Below are positions 1-12,149 of a stretch of 64,000 nt of DNA, piece by piece (position 1 is the stretch's first letter; each line of letters opens with the position of its first letter). The notes under the pieces are model-generated. The model had not been told where the DNA came from and did no database searches. It saw nothing but the letters and a program-made list of their open reading frames with translations. The translations under genes were made by a program, and so were the position numbers. The DNA lies in assembly GCF_006345805.1 (NCBI RefSeq), contig NC_043023.1, positions 20,584,001 through 20,648,000 of the forward strand. The letters are read 5' to 3'. Source of the DNA: Octopus sinensis. Taxonomy: Eukaryota.

Positions 1-1220
1 TTTTGCCTTTCATCCTTTCGAGGGCGATTAAATAAGTACCAGTTACGCACTGGGGTCGATGTAATCGACTTAATCCGTTTGCCTGTCCTTCTTTGTCCCC
101 TCTGTGTTTAGCCCCTTGTACCCTTGTGGGTAGTAAAGAAATAGGTATTTCGTCTGTCGCTACGGTCTGAGTTCAAATTCCGCCGAGGTCGACCTTGTCT
201 TTCATCCTTTCAGGGTCGATAAATTTAGTACCAGTTACGCACTGGGGTCGATATAATCGACTTAATCCGTGTCTGTCCTTGTTTGTCCCTTCTGTGTTTA
301 GCCCCTTGTGGGTGGTAAATAAATAGGTATTTCGTCTGTCTTTACTTTCTGAGTTCAAATTCCGCCGAGGTCGACTTTGCCTTTCATCCTTTCGGAGCCG
401 ATTGATTAAGTACCAGTTACGCACTGGGGTCGATGTAATCGACTTAATACCTATGTCTGTCCTTGTTTGTCCCCTCTGTGTTTAGCCCCTTGTGGGTAAT
501 AAAGAAATAGGTATTTCGTCTGCCGCTACGTTCTGAGTTCAAATTCCGCCGAGGTCGACTTTGCCTTTCATCCTTTCGGGGTCGATAAATTAAGTACCAG
601 TTACGCACTGGGGTCGATGTAATCGACTTAATCCGTTTGTCTGTCCTTGTTTGTCCCCTCTGCGTTTAGCCCTTTGTGGGTAGTAAAAAAATAGGTATTT
701 CGTCTGTCGCTACGTTCTGAGTTCAAATTCCGCCGAGGTCGACTTTGCCTTTCATCCTTTCGAGGGCGATTAAATAAGTACCAGTTACGCACTGGGGTCG
801 ATGTAATCGACTTAATCTCTTTGTCTGTCCTTGTTTGTCCCCTCTGCGTGTGGCCCCTTGTGGGTAGTAAAGAAATAGGTATTTCATCTGATGCTACGTT
901 CTGAGTTCAAATTCCTCCGAGGTCGACAAATTAAGTACCAGTTACGCACTGGGGTCGATGTAATCGACTTAATCCGTGTGTCTGTCCTTGTTTGTCCCCT
1001 CTGTGTTTAGCCCTTTGTGGGTAGTAAAGAAATAGGTATTTCGTCTGTCGCTACGTTCTGAGTTCAAATTCCTCCGAGGTCGACTTTGCTTTCATCCTTT
1101 CGAGGGCGATTAAATAAGTACCAGTTACGCACTGGGGTCGATGTAATCGACTTAATCCGTTTGTCTGTCCTTGTTTGTCCCCTCTGCGTTTAGCCCCTTG
1201 TGGGTAGTAAAGAAATAGGT
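1..1220 (+). repeat. tandem array of about 184-bp SINE family A bodies (at least 6.5 units, starts before the window)
   Basis: Unit start GTATTTC at 145, 327, 511, 695, 879, 1036 (27-bp deleted unit); B-box-like GAGTTCAAATTCC in each unit. Confidence 0.92.
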
Positions 1221-1410
1221 TTTTAGAAAATTCCATTTGAAAATATCCGCTTTTCCCAACCAATTCCTGGGGAAATACTTTTTCAATATTAAATTGAAAT
1301 AATCGGAATGTACAGCAGCTGAAGATTATCTGTAGAAAGTTCCATTAACAAAAATTACCATTTCTCTCGAAGTTATGAGGAAACAAAGTCGAAGGGAGGG
1401 GATTATATAC

Positions 1411-1781
1411 TCTCTTTTACTTGTTTCAGTCATTTGACTGCGGCCATGCTGGAGCACCGCCTTTAATCGAGCAACTTGACCCCAGGACTTATTCTTTTGT
1501 AATCCCAGTACTTATTCTATCGGTGTCTTTTTGCCGAACCGCTAAGTGACGGGGACGTAAACACACCAGCATCGGTTGTCAAGCAATGCTAGGGGGACAA
1601 ACACACACACTTATATATATATAGATATATACGACGGGCTTCTTTCAGTTTCCGTCTACCAAATCCACTCACAAGGCTTTGGTCGGCCTGAGGCTACAGC
1701 AGAAGACACTTGCCCAAGGTGCCACGCAATGGGACTGAACCCGGAACCATGTGGTTGGTTAGCAAGCTACTTACCACAGCC
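1411..1781 (-). mobile_element. SINE family B (tRNA head, CORE-like GGCACCTTGGGCAAGTG domain, internal microsatellite, ACAAGTAAAAGAG tail)
   Basis: Full consensus on the reverse strand. Confidence 0.88.
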
Positions 1782-2020
1782 ATTCGTGTAAGTTTGCCAA
1801 AACTTCTAAGCTTGTGGTTATGTAAGGGCATCTCCGTGGTGCTAGAAATAACAACCAAAATCTCGCTGAAAGCCGGCTGCGAGCGTTAGAAAGCCTCCTG
1901 CATATAAGCGAAGGAGTGGTTGTGCCTTAATAAGTTTATTTCCCAACCACATGATTCCGGGTTCAATCCCGGGGCCGACCGGAGCCTTGTAGGTGGATTT
2001 CGTAGGGAACCGAAATCTCT

Positions 2021-2529
2021 CTAGCAGTATCGCCCGGCGTTGCTCGGGTTTGTAAGGGAAATAACTATATAAGCATTTTTAGTGAGTTATAGCAAAAAAA
2101 TAGCAAAAAAAAAAATGCATTAAAAATGGAAAAAAAATTATGGTAAATTTTTTTTTAAATCGTTGACTCATCGTAGACATTTTTAGAGAGTTACTTCCCC
2201 TATATAATAGCGAAAAAATGCATTAAAAATGGGAAAAAATGATGGTAAATTATTTTTTAAATCGTAGACTCATCGTAGACATTTTTAGAGAGTTACTTCC
2301 CTTATATAATAGCGAAAAAATGCATTAAAAATGGAAAAAAATGATGGTAAATTATTTTTAAATCGTAGACTCATCGTAGACGCGCGCTAATACCCAGACG
2401 GGCTCGATATGAATTACGACTATAAGATACCCGGTTTTGGTTAAACTGCACTGCAAAATGTGGGAGTAGATAGGAATCTAAATCGAAGGGGACAGACACT
2501 CACACAACTACAGTTTTATATATATAGAT
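2021..2529 (+). mobile_element. non-autonomous Helitron-like element with internal about 120-bp tandem repeats
   Basis: 5' CTAGCAGTATCGCCCGGCGTTGCTCGGG hairpin start, 3' ACAGACA...TTTATATATATAGAT end, no TSD; class assignment is by structure only. Confidence 0.65.
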
Positions 2530-2530
2530 A

Positions 2531-2674
2531 TTAGCGGGAAACCACTATGTGGACACCCTTATGCTAGAAATAGATCCGCTATGGTCATTCACGAAGAAGT
2601 GTTCTTCTGAGTGGTAATGACCACAGCGGATCTATTTCTAGCATAAGGGTGTCCACATAGTGGTTTCCCGCTAA
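2531..2674. mobile_element. near-perfect foldback MITE, TA-flanked
   Basis: TTAGCGGGAAACCACTATGTGGACACCC...GGGTGTCCACATAGTGGTTTCCCGCTAA; arms about 58 bp. Confidence 0.85.
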
Positions 2675-3321
2675 TATGTATACAATACAATTTTACTGAA
2701 CCTTCAGTTTTTTATATGCTAGACCACTGGTGTGTAATCAGTGTTAATTAAATTAATATCTAATTTCTCACTCTCATTTTAAATTTAATTTATATATATA
2801 TATATATATCCCCTTCTATCGATGTTGGTTTGCTTACTTTCTCGTTAACTAGAGGTTCGGTAAACGACAAAATGAGTACTAAGCTTTGAAGGTATTGGGC
2901 TCGACCTATTCGGCTAAAATCCCCGTTGAAGCGATGCCCCAGCATGGCCGCGGTCCAACGCCTGAATACAATCGTTGAGAAAGTGCAGAGTAACGGTTTA
3001 GGAAATAAGTTATCTCCCTTGGTACGATCGAAGCCAAGAAGATGGACACGTGTGTGTGTGTGTGATACGACTGGTGTCTTTTAAGAGAGAGACCCCGAGT
3101 AAGATTTTGCGATTGGAGGATGCTTTGAGGGCTGTGTGTCATGTGATAGTTAACGAGCGTCGGCGGGGAAACGATGGGGACACACCACCAACACCAGAAT
3201 GGCAGCAGTTGTTGGTCGGTGGCTAAAAGAGAGGGGGTGATAAAACAATACCCTGTAGCAGACCACTGAAGAATAGAAGGAGCTCAGTCAACACAGGATG
3301 GGACCACTTTGAGTAACACTA

Positions 3322-3878
3322 GGCGGCGAGCTGGCAGAAACGTTAGCACGCCGGGCGAAATAAGTAGCCGTATTTCGTCTGGCATTACGTTCTGAGTTCA
3401 AATCACGCCGTTGGTCGACTTTGCCTTTCATCCTTTCGGGGTCGATAAATAAAGTACCAGTTACGCACTGGGGTTTATATAATCGACTTAATCCATTTGT
3501 CTGTCCTCTCTGTGTTTAGCCCCTTGTGGGTAGCAAAGAAATAGGTATTTTGTCTGCCGTTAGGTTCTGAGTTCCAATCCCGCCGAAGTCTACTTTGCTT
3601 TTCATCCTTTCGGGGTCGATTAAGTGCCAGTTACGCACTGGGGTCGATATAATCGACTTAATCCATTTGTCTGTCCTTGTTTGTCCCTTCTGTGTTTAGC
3701 CCCTTGTGGGTAGTAAAGAAATAGGTAGTTCGTTTGCTGCTACGTTCTGAGTTCAAATTCTACCGAGGTCGACAAATTAAGTACCAGTTACGCACTGGGG
3801 TGAATATAATCGACTTAATCCGTTTGTCTGTCGTTTGCACCTCTGTGTTTAGCCCCTTGTGGGTAGTAAAGAAATAAC
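3322..3878 (+). mobile_element. SINE family A with tRNA-like head followed by three tandem bodies
   Basis: Head GGCGGCGAGCTGGCAGAAACGTTAGC occurs once, then 3 body units. Confidence 0.88.
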
Positions 3879-4135
3879 TAGTTTAATACCACCAGGTACC
3901 TACAGTTGAGCCTGCTCCGTTGGAAGCATTCTGGTCAAGGTGTGACCAGTCCAGAGATATCCTTTCTCTCTCTCTCTAAGCAAAACTTTATCACAGACCC
4001 TTAAAATACTATTGTGGAGCCCCAATAGTAAAGGTGGTAAGCTGGCAGAGTCGTTAGCACGCCAGGCAAAATGCTTAGCAGTATTTCGTCTGACGTTTGG
4101 CTGCTATTTCTAACAAAACAAAATCTGCAAATTTA

Positions 4136-4633
4136 CCCTTTTGTTACCAACCCTGCTGAAACTGGCTCTAACTCTGTAGTACAAATGTCTTGTTTTTCAT
4201 AAGTTTTGAATTAAAATCTTCCACCAAACCTTAGTCACAATTTATGTCCCTAACACTAGCTATTTTACTAAATTCTTTGTTATATTTAAAGTAATTGAAA
4301 GAAACACAGAGCATCTCAACAGAAATATGGTAACAAAAGGGTTAAAGACAGTCAGTCAAATGGATCTTCAATTTGCACAAGATTTGGCTGCTATTTCTAA
4401 CAAGTGTAACAAAATCTGCAAAATTTAGCCTTTCGTTACCAACCCGGCTGAAACCGGTTCTGGCTCTGTAGTACAAATGTCTTGAATTAAAATCTTCCAC
4501 CAAACCTTAATCACAATTTATGTCCCTAACACTAGCTTAAGGATAACTAAGTTATTTTACTAAATTCTTTGTTATATTTAAAATTGATTGAACGAAACAC
4601 AGAACATCACAAAATAAATACAGTAACAAAGGG
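4136..4633 (+). mobile_element. two tandem piggyBac-type MITEs
   Basis: CCCTTTTGTTACC...GGTAACAAAAGGG-TTAA; copies 4136-4341 and 4428-4633. Confidence 0.78.
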
Positions 4634-4799
4634 TTAGTACCAAAGGGTTAATATTCATAAGTGAAAGGGGTCATCGATCCAGTATTTAGAGTTGGTAATC
4701 CAAGCTTGTTTTTGCTTAAAATATGAGGTCTAATCAGAAGGCATCAAAACGACACCATTTGTAAATTGAGCATTTAATCTTCTTCAAAGTAGACCCCTT

Positions 4800-5790
4800 C
4801 TGAAGCCACACAATTTATCCAGTTTCATTTCCATAGACAGTTATTTTTTTTTTATCTATGGACCCCTTTGAACACCATTTTATTCTGGTGGACCACCACC
4901 CCTAGGCATCTGATGTTGGAAAACTAGTTCCATAGAATCTCCTTTCAAAACCCCTATTTTATTTTTCCCCATGTACAATGTTCAAGAAAGAACCCCAGTG
5001 GTTTCTAGCAATACATACCAATACATACATCTACAGCAAAACTTTATCACAGACCCTTAAAATACTATTGTGGAGCCCCAATTGACTCTTTCATTTGTGT
5101 GGACCCTCTTTGAACACCATTTTATTCTGGTGGACCACCACCCCTAGGCATCTGATGTTGGAAAACTAGTTCCATAGAATCTCCTTTCAAAACCCCTATT
5201 TTATTTTTCCCCATGTACAATGTTCAAGAAAGAAACCCAGCAGTTTCTAGCAATACAGACCAATACATACATCTACAGTAAACCTTCATCACGGACCCTT
5301 AAAATACTATTGTGGAGCCCCAATTGACTCTTTTGCTTGTGTGGACCCTCTTTGATTACCCTTTTATTCTGGTGGATCCCCAGAGTCATCCGATGTTTAA
5401 AAACTTGTGTAGGTTGAACCCTGTAAAATGTTTGAGAAATAAACCCAGCTGTTTCTTGCAATACAGACATCTACACCAAACCTTCATCACGGACCCTTAA
5501 AATATTACTACAGATCCTCAATTTGCTATTTTGCTTGTGTGGACCCCTATGATTACTATTTCATTCTGGTGGACCCTACAGCCATTCGATGTTCAAAAAC
5601 TGGTTTCATAGAATCTTCTTCCAAAATTCCTATTTTGATCCTCACACATTAACTTGTGTAGAATGAACAATGTAAAACATTAGAGAAAGAAACCCAGGTG
5701 TTTCTTGCAATACATACATCTAAAGCAGGGCTTCTCAAGCATTTCTATCTATGGGACCCTTCAATTACTATTTTATTCTGGTGGATTGAA
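4800..5790 (+). repeat. tandem array of about 200-240-bp units (4-4.5 copies)
   Basis: GGACCC...TTTATTCTGGTGGACC recurs near 4860, 5101, 5342 and 5541. Confidence 0.85.
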
Positions 5791-5810
5791 GCAGCCCTCA
5801 TATATATATG

Positions 5811-6022
5811 ACGAGGTGGCGGCTGAAAAGGTCCCTGGCTTTGGGTTACAGAAAATTCAGGAGGACCAGTTAATTATGACTTTATTCAAAATATTCCCTT
5901 TTCATATTCACACACTTATCGCAGCGGTCCTTAGTTTTTTCTAAACCCTGTAAAAGAACTTGGAAGAACTGCCAAACCTTTTGCGATACACTTAAAACTA
6001 GGGACTTTTCAACACCCCACTC
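5811..6022 (+). mobile_element. mariner-type MITE, about 210 bp
   Basis: TIRs GAGGGGCTGTTGAAAAGTTCCTGGCTTT / AAAGCCAGGAACTTTTCAACACCCCTC in TA context; other copies at about 6445-6500, 6958-7095, 12050-12140, 12775-12840 and 40075-40250. Confidence 0.8.
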
Positions 6023-6032
6023 ATACACACAT

Positions 6033-6335
6033 GGAGGCGCAATGGCCCAGTGGTTAGTGCAGCGGACTTGTGGTCGTAGGATCGCAGTTTCGATTCCCAG
6101 ACTAGGCGTTGCGAGTGTTTATTGAGCGAAAACACCTAAAAGCTCGACAAAGATCCGGCAGGGGGTGGTGGCGATCCCTGCTGTACTCTTTCGCCACAAC
6201 TTTCTCTCACTCTTTCTTCTGTTGGCCTGCTCGCTTAGCCAGCGGGGTGGCGTCATTTGAAGGCTAAAACAATGCGAAGCACATTGTGACCAGCGATGTG
6301 TAGCAACATCTGATAGCCTGGACGGTCACGGTGAT
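6033..6335 (+). mobile_element. SINE family C (tRNA-Arg-like head, CATTGTGACCAGCGATGTG tail)
   Basis: A box TGGCCCAGTGG, B box GTTTCGATTCC. Confidence 0.88.
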
Positions 6336-6544
6336 ATATATATATATATACACAGACACACACACACAGATATATATGTAGTAAATGAAAGACGGAAGAT
6401 GTAATATACAAGAATTTATTATCCCGACACACACACACACAGAAGAGGGTGTTGAAAACTTCATGGCTTTGGGGGAGAGAAAATACAGAAGGATCAGTTA
6501 ATGATTTTATTTAACACATTTAACACGTAAAATACTCCAATCCG

Positions 6545-6960
6545 ACCGTACGACAGGCACCCATGCCAACGCCCTTTGCTTGCGAAGACATGTTGGGGCA
6601 AGCTAAATTGAAATCAAATCGAACCAGCCAGGATCCCTCGTCTGGTGGTACGTAAAAAGCACTATCCGACTCGTGGCCGATGCCAGTGCCGCCTCGACTG
6701 GTTTCCGTGCCGGTGGCACGTAAAATACACCAATCCGACCGTGGTCGTTGCCAGCCTCGCCTGGCACCTGTGCAGGTGGCACGTAAAAAGCACCCACTAC
6801 ACTCACGGAGTGGTTGGCGTTAGGAAGGGCATCAAGCTGTAGAAACATTGCCAGATCAGACTGGGCCTGATGCAGCCTTCCGGCTTCCCAGATCCCAGGT
6901 CGAACCGTCCAACCCATGCTAGCATGGAGAACGGACGTTAAACGATGATGATGATGATTC
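6545..6960 (+). mobile_element. family D retroposon with (ATG)n tail and internal GGCACGTAAAA sub-repeats
   Basis: Core TGGCGTTAGGAAGGGCATC...CGGACGTTAAACGATGATG; further copies at about 36075-36515, 37070-37305, 38615-38940 (-), 56040-56275, 60660-60830 and 61410-61770. Confidence 0.82.
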
Positions 6961-7188
6961 CCCTCTCAGATTCACACACTTATTGCAGCGGTCCTTCAGT
7001 TTTTCTAAGTCCTGCAAAAGAACTTGGAACATTGGGCCTTCAACTAAGCTTCTTGTGATATCCTTTAAGCAAGGAATTTTTTGACACCCCACCCCACATA
7101 TGCATGTGTGTGTGTGTGGTAAATGAAAGAAGGAAGATGGAATATACAAGAATTTATTATTAATCACAGCATACACACACACACACAT

Positions 7189-7606
7189 GAGGGGCCGTTG
7201 AAAAGTCCATGGCTTTGGGTAAAAGAAAACACATGAGGATCAGTTAATTATTTTATCCAACATATTCCCCTCTTAGATTCACACGCTTAATGCAGTGTTC
7301 CTTCAGTTTTTCTAAGATCTATAAAAGAACTCAGAAGGTTGAGCCTCCAGCCAGGCTTTTTGTGATACCATCAAAGCCAGGAACTTCTCAACACCCCCTC
7401 ATATATACACACACACACACGAGAGGCTGCTGAAAACTTCCTGGCTTTGGGTAAAAGAAAACACATGAGGATCAGTTAATTATTTTATTCAACATATTCC
7501 CCTCTCAGATTCACACGCTTATCGCAGCGGCCCTTCAGTTTTTTTAAACCCTATAAAAGAAATTCGAAGGCTGGGCCTTCAAAGAGGACTTTTGTGATAC
7601 CCTTAA
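7189..7606 (+). mobile_element. two tandem mariner-type MITEs
   Basis: Copies at 7189-7400 and 7421-about 7606. Confidence 0.8.
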
Positions 7607-7621
7607 CCCATTATATATAAA

Positions 7622-7848
7622 CAAACCAGCAGCGATTGTCAAGCAATGCTAGGGGGACAAACATACACACACACATATATATATATACGACAGGCTTCTT
7701 TCAGTTTCCGTCTACCAAATCCACTCACAAGGCATTGGTCAGCCCGAGGCTATAGCAGAAGACACTTGCCCAAGGTGCCACGCAGTGGGACTGAACCCAG
7801 AACCATGTGGTTGGTTAGCAAGCTACTTACCACACAGCCACTCCTGCG
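7622..7848 (-). mobile_element. SINE family B, 5' half
   Basis: Head and CORE-like region. Confidence 0.85.
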
Positions 7849-7879
7849 CTTATTTTGGGTAAAAAATAATTATTTATTT

Positions 7880-8340
7880 TGTGTTTTATTTACTTTGCTA
7901 GGTGGTCATTGTAGGATCGACTAGTCACGAGTAGCTAGCGCGAGTACGCGAGTGCGCGCACCAGGGCCACTCTTCTTAAGCCAGCTGCTCAGTCTCGTCT
8001 AAAAATATTGTTTTATACTAAAGGGAAAAAAAGGCATTACTGAAAATGAGTGGACCCAGTGCGCGCACTCGCGTATCCGCGCTAGCTAGTCGTGAATAGT
8101 CGATGCTTACTTTGTGTTTTTGTTCAAAAAAATTATTGTTTTATTTATTTTGCTATTTAGTCGTTGTAGGATCGACTAGTCACGACTAGCTAGCGTGGAT
8201 ACGCGAGTGCGCGCACCGGGACCACTCTTTTTAAGTTCGCTGCTCAGTGTCGTCTAAAAATGGTTTTATACTAAAGGGAAAAAAAGGCAATACTTAAAAT
8301 TTAGTGGAGCCGGTGCGCGCACTCGCACATCCGCGCTAGA
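7880..8340. repeat. tandem pair of CpG-rich imperfect foldback units
   Basis: ATCGACTAGTCACG...GAGTGCGCGCAC / GTGCGCGCACTC...CGTGAATAGTCGAT; copies about 7917-8104 and 8170-8340. Confidence 0.82.
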
Positions 8341-8799
8341 AACACGTTAAAACATGTTTGAATTGCTTTAACGGTTGGCGAATCATTTTGAGAGGTTTAT
8401 GAAAGAAAAACCGCGTAAATACGTTGCTTAAGGCGAGGAGGGTTCGCAAGAGAGCGAGCCACGGCTAATTAGGCATCGGACATTCGTGATTAATTGAGGT
8501 TTCGCTGAGAAAAAGGTAAGAAACGGAGACTTTAATTACCGGACGAAGGGATTCCCGGACATTTTCAAATTCTGGTCGAGTTGGCGCGACACGTGCGACA
8601 CCTGGTGTCGGCTGCGGCGGAACAGGAACTACAGGAGCAGATAACTCATATAAGTGTGTTTGTGTATCAGGCGGTGGGGGGGGAGTGAAGGAGTGGTAGT
8701 GGGAGAGATGAAATGTGATTGTGTTTCCATGGTGATGGCCGTGGGATGGGATGCGGTGGGGGGGGGGGTGATGCTGATGTGGGGATGGGGTTGACGTAG

Positions 8800-9990
8800 A
8801 GGATCTTTTCCGTCTGACCGGCAGTTTTTTTCTAGCGGTGTCATATGAAATTGTCACCCATAATTATGACCCTAGTATCGATCTATTGCATTTCAATCTC
8901 TTTTAGGGTTAGTTAGGGTTAGGGGTGAGGGAAGGGTATCTTTTTTTCTTCAGAAATGTAAATAAACCCAATCTGCTTCTTAAACGAGGGACATATTCAT
9001 ACGGCACAGAATGTTTTTTACCTCAATAGACGTCAGTGGTCGGTTGAAATTGCAGAAATTGACCCTAGTATCGATCTATTGCATTCCAATCTGTTTTAGG
9101 GTTAGGGTTGGTTAGGGGTAGGGGTGGGGGTAAGGGTATCTTTTATCTTCACAAACGTAAATAAACCCAATCTGTTTCTTAAACGAGGGATATATTCATA
9201 TGGCACAGAATGTTTTTTTTACCTTAATGGACGTCATTGATTGGTTGAAATTGAGGAAATGTAAGAAATTTAACAAGATATAGCTTACGGACTACAGAAT
9301 ATGGATCTTTTCGGTTTGAACGGCAGTTTTTTTCTAGCGGTGTCATATGAAATTGTCACCCATAATTATGACCCTAGTATAGATCTATTGCATTTCAATC
9401 TCCTTTAGGGTTAGGGTGGGGGGAAGGGTATCTTTTTTGTTCACAAATGTAAATAAACGGGCGTAGGAGTGGCTGTGTGGTAAGTAGCTTGCTAACCAAT
9501 CACATGGTTCCGGGTTCAATCCCACTTCGTGGCACCTTGGGCAAGTGTCTTCTACTATAGCCTCGGGCCGGCCAAAGCCTTGTGAATGGATTTGGTAGAC
9601 GGAAACTGAAAGAAGCCCGCCGTATATATGTGTATATATGTATGTGTGTGTGTGTCTGTGTTTGTCCCCCTAGCATTGCTTGACAACCGATGTTGGTGTG
9701 TTTGCCTCCGCGTAACTTAGCAGTTCGGCAAAAGAGACCGAAAGAATAAGTACTGGGCTTACAAAGAATAAGTCCCGGGGTCTATTTGCTCAACTAAAGT
9801 CAGTGCTCCAGCATGGCCGCAGTCAAATGACTGAAACAAGTAAAAGAGTAAAGAGAGTAATGTAAATAAACCCAATCTGTTTCTTAAACGAGGAACATAT
9901 TCATACGGCACAGAATGTTTTTTACTTCAATAGACGTCATTGATTGGTTGAAATTGCAGAAATTGAAGAAAAAAACAAGAAAAAAATATG
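8800..9990 (+). repeat. family E element with TTAGGG-like run, about three tandem units, interrupted by a SINE
   Basis: GACCCTAGTATCGATCTATTGC...TAGGGTTAGGG...GTAAATAAACCCAATC repeated; other copies at about 14535-14720 and 22125-22400. Confidence 0.8.
9459..9858 (+). mobile_element. SINE family B, full length with 13-bp TSD
   Basis: TSD AATGTAAATAAAC at 9446-9458 and 9859-9871; inserted into a family E element. Confidence 0.92.
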
Positions 9991-10539
9991 GTGGTGGTGA
10001 TGGTGGTGGTGGCGGCGGCGGTGGTGGCGGTGGTCGTTGTGGTGATGGTGGTGGTGGTGGGTTGGTGATGGTGGTGGTGACGGCGGCGGTGGTGGTGGTG
10101 GTGGTGGGGTTGGTGGTGGTGGGGTGTGGCGGCGTTGGGCGGTTGTGGTGGTAATGGTGGTGGTGGCGGTGTGGTAGTGGTGGTGGTGGTGGCGGCGGTG
10201 GTGGCGGTGGTGGTGGTGATGGTGGTGGTGGTGGTGGTGGTGGCGGCGGCGGCGGCGGTGGTGGTGGTGATGGTGGTAGTGGTGGTGGTGGTGGTGGCGG
10301 CGGCGGCGGCGGCGTGGTGGTGGTGATGGTGGTATGTGGGCGGTTGTGGTGGTGGTGGTGGCGGCGGTGGTGGCGGTGGTGGTGGTGGTGGTGTGGTGGT
10401 AGTGGTGGTGGTGGTGGCGGCGGTGGTGGCGGCGGTGGTGGCGGTGGTGGTGGTGGTGGTGGTGGTAGTGGTGGTGGTGGTGGCGGCGGTGGTGGCGGTG
10501 GTGGTGGTGATGGGGTGGTGGTGGTGTAGTGGTGGTGGG

Positions 10540-10572
<33 letters not shown>

Positions 10573-10625
10573 TGGTGGTGGCGGTGGTGGTGGTGGTGGT
10601 GGTGTTGTCCTTGTTGTTGGTGGTG
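9988..10625. repeat. (GGT/GGC)n trinucleotide expansion, about 640 bp
   Basis: Direct reading. Confidence 0.95.
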
Positions 10626-10973
10626 CTTGTTTGTTGAGTGAACGGTCTTCGTCCCAGAGCTCGCAAGATGGGAGAAGTCCGAAATGTGGTCCTTTGCTAT
10701 TCGTAAGACCCGCAGAAGAGAAAGCAGGTCAACCCCCGACTCACCGAGAGCATCGACGGATGGATGAATGCGCATCCAGGCTCAGCGGGGACAAGAAACA
10801 GGAAGAAAGAGTGAGAAAAAGTTGGAGCGAAAGAGTACAACAGGGGTCGCCACCACCCCCTGCCGGAGCCTCATGGAGCTTTAGGTGTTTTCGCTCAATA
10901 AACACTCACAGTGCCCGATCTGGGAATTGAAACTGCGAGTCTGCTGCCCTAACCACTGGGCCATTGCGCCCCC
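10620..10973 (-). mobile_element. SINE family C, alternative-tail variant
   Basis: Family C head; different 3' part (GTCTTACGAATAGCAAAGGACC...CAACAAACAAGCA) running into (CCA)n. Confidence 0.83.
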
Positions 10974-11289
10974 TGTTGTTGGTGCTGGTGGTGGTTGTTG
11001 TTGCTAAGCAACAAGGCGGGTAAGGGTGATTAGGTGATGTCTTGAGCTTAGGGGTGGGAAACCCGAGACCTTGGGGGAAAAAAAGACTTTGGTTGTCTGG
11101 TTGTAGTCGAGGGCTCTTCGTTGACGCCCGACACTTCTGGGAGGTGGCCCTCAAAGTCGCTAGAAATGGAGATCTCCGGGTCCAAATTCTTGAACGGCTG
11201 CTGCTGCTGCTGATGTGTCACGAGTGGTTGAGTTGCTGGTGGTAATGATGGTGCAGGTAACAAGGAGGGGAACGGTTTTCAGTTATAAT

Positions 11290-11960
11290 TCTTTTCTACT
11301 CTAGGCACGAGGCCTGAAATTTTGGGGGAGGAGAGCCAGACGATTGAATTGAGCCCCAGTGCATAACTGGTACTTATTTAATCGACCCCGAAAGGATGAA
11401 AGGCAAGGTCGACCTCGGCGGAATTTGAACTCAGAACGTAATCGGCAGACGAAATACCTACTTCTTTACTACCCACAAGGGGCTAAACATAGAGAGGACA
11501 GACAAGGACAAAGGGCTTAAGTCAATTACATCGACCCCAGTGCGTAACTGGTACTTATTTAATCGACCCCGAAAAGATGAAAGGCAAAGTCGACCGTGGC
11601 GGAATTTGAACTCAGAACGTAGCGATGGGCGAAATACCGCTTAACATTTCGTCCACTGCGCTAACGATTCTGCTGGCTCACCGCCATATTAATTTCTTTT
11701 TAATTTTAAAAGGTCATGAAGTTTGTTGGACCAGGTACATATTTACTATTTCTTTACTACCCATAAGGGGCTAAACACAGAGAGGACAAACGGATTAAGT
11801 CGATTATATCGACCCCAGTGTGTAACTGGTACTTAATTTATCGACCCCAAAAGGATGAAAGGCAAAGTCGACCTCGGCGGAATTTGAACTCAGAACGTAG
11901 CGGCAGACGAAATACTGCTAAGCATTTCGCCCGGTGTGCTAACGATTCTACCAGCTCGCC
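11290..11960 (-). mobile_element. two SINE family A copies (head + 2 bodies; head + 1 body)
   Basis: Reverse-complement heads at about 11630-11690 and 11905-11960. Confidence 0.82.
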
Positions 11961-12149
11961 GGGTACATATTTACACACACACACACACACTTCCATTTCA
12001 TGTATGTGCATGTATGTGTGTATGTAATATAAATACGAGAGACTGCAGAAAAGTTTCTGGGGTTAAAGGGTCTCACGAAAGGTCAGGCTGGAGGCCCAAC
12101 CTTTCGAGTTCTTTTTCGAGGCTTAGAAAAACTGAACGGACTTTACTCT

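Noticed and set aside
1-1220. CRISPR-like or coding tandem array
   Set aside because: Units are contiguous SINE bodies without unique spacers; eukaryotic context
9884-10775. Long polyP/polyH/polyT/polyG/polyV ORFs
   Set aside because: Products of a stop-free (GGT)n tract
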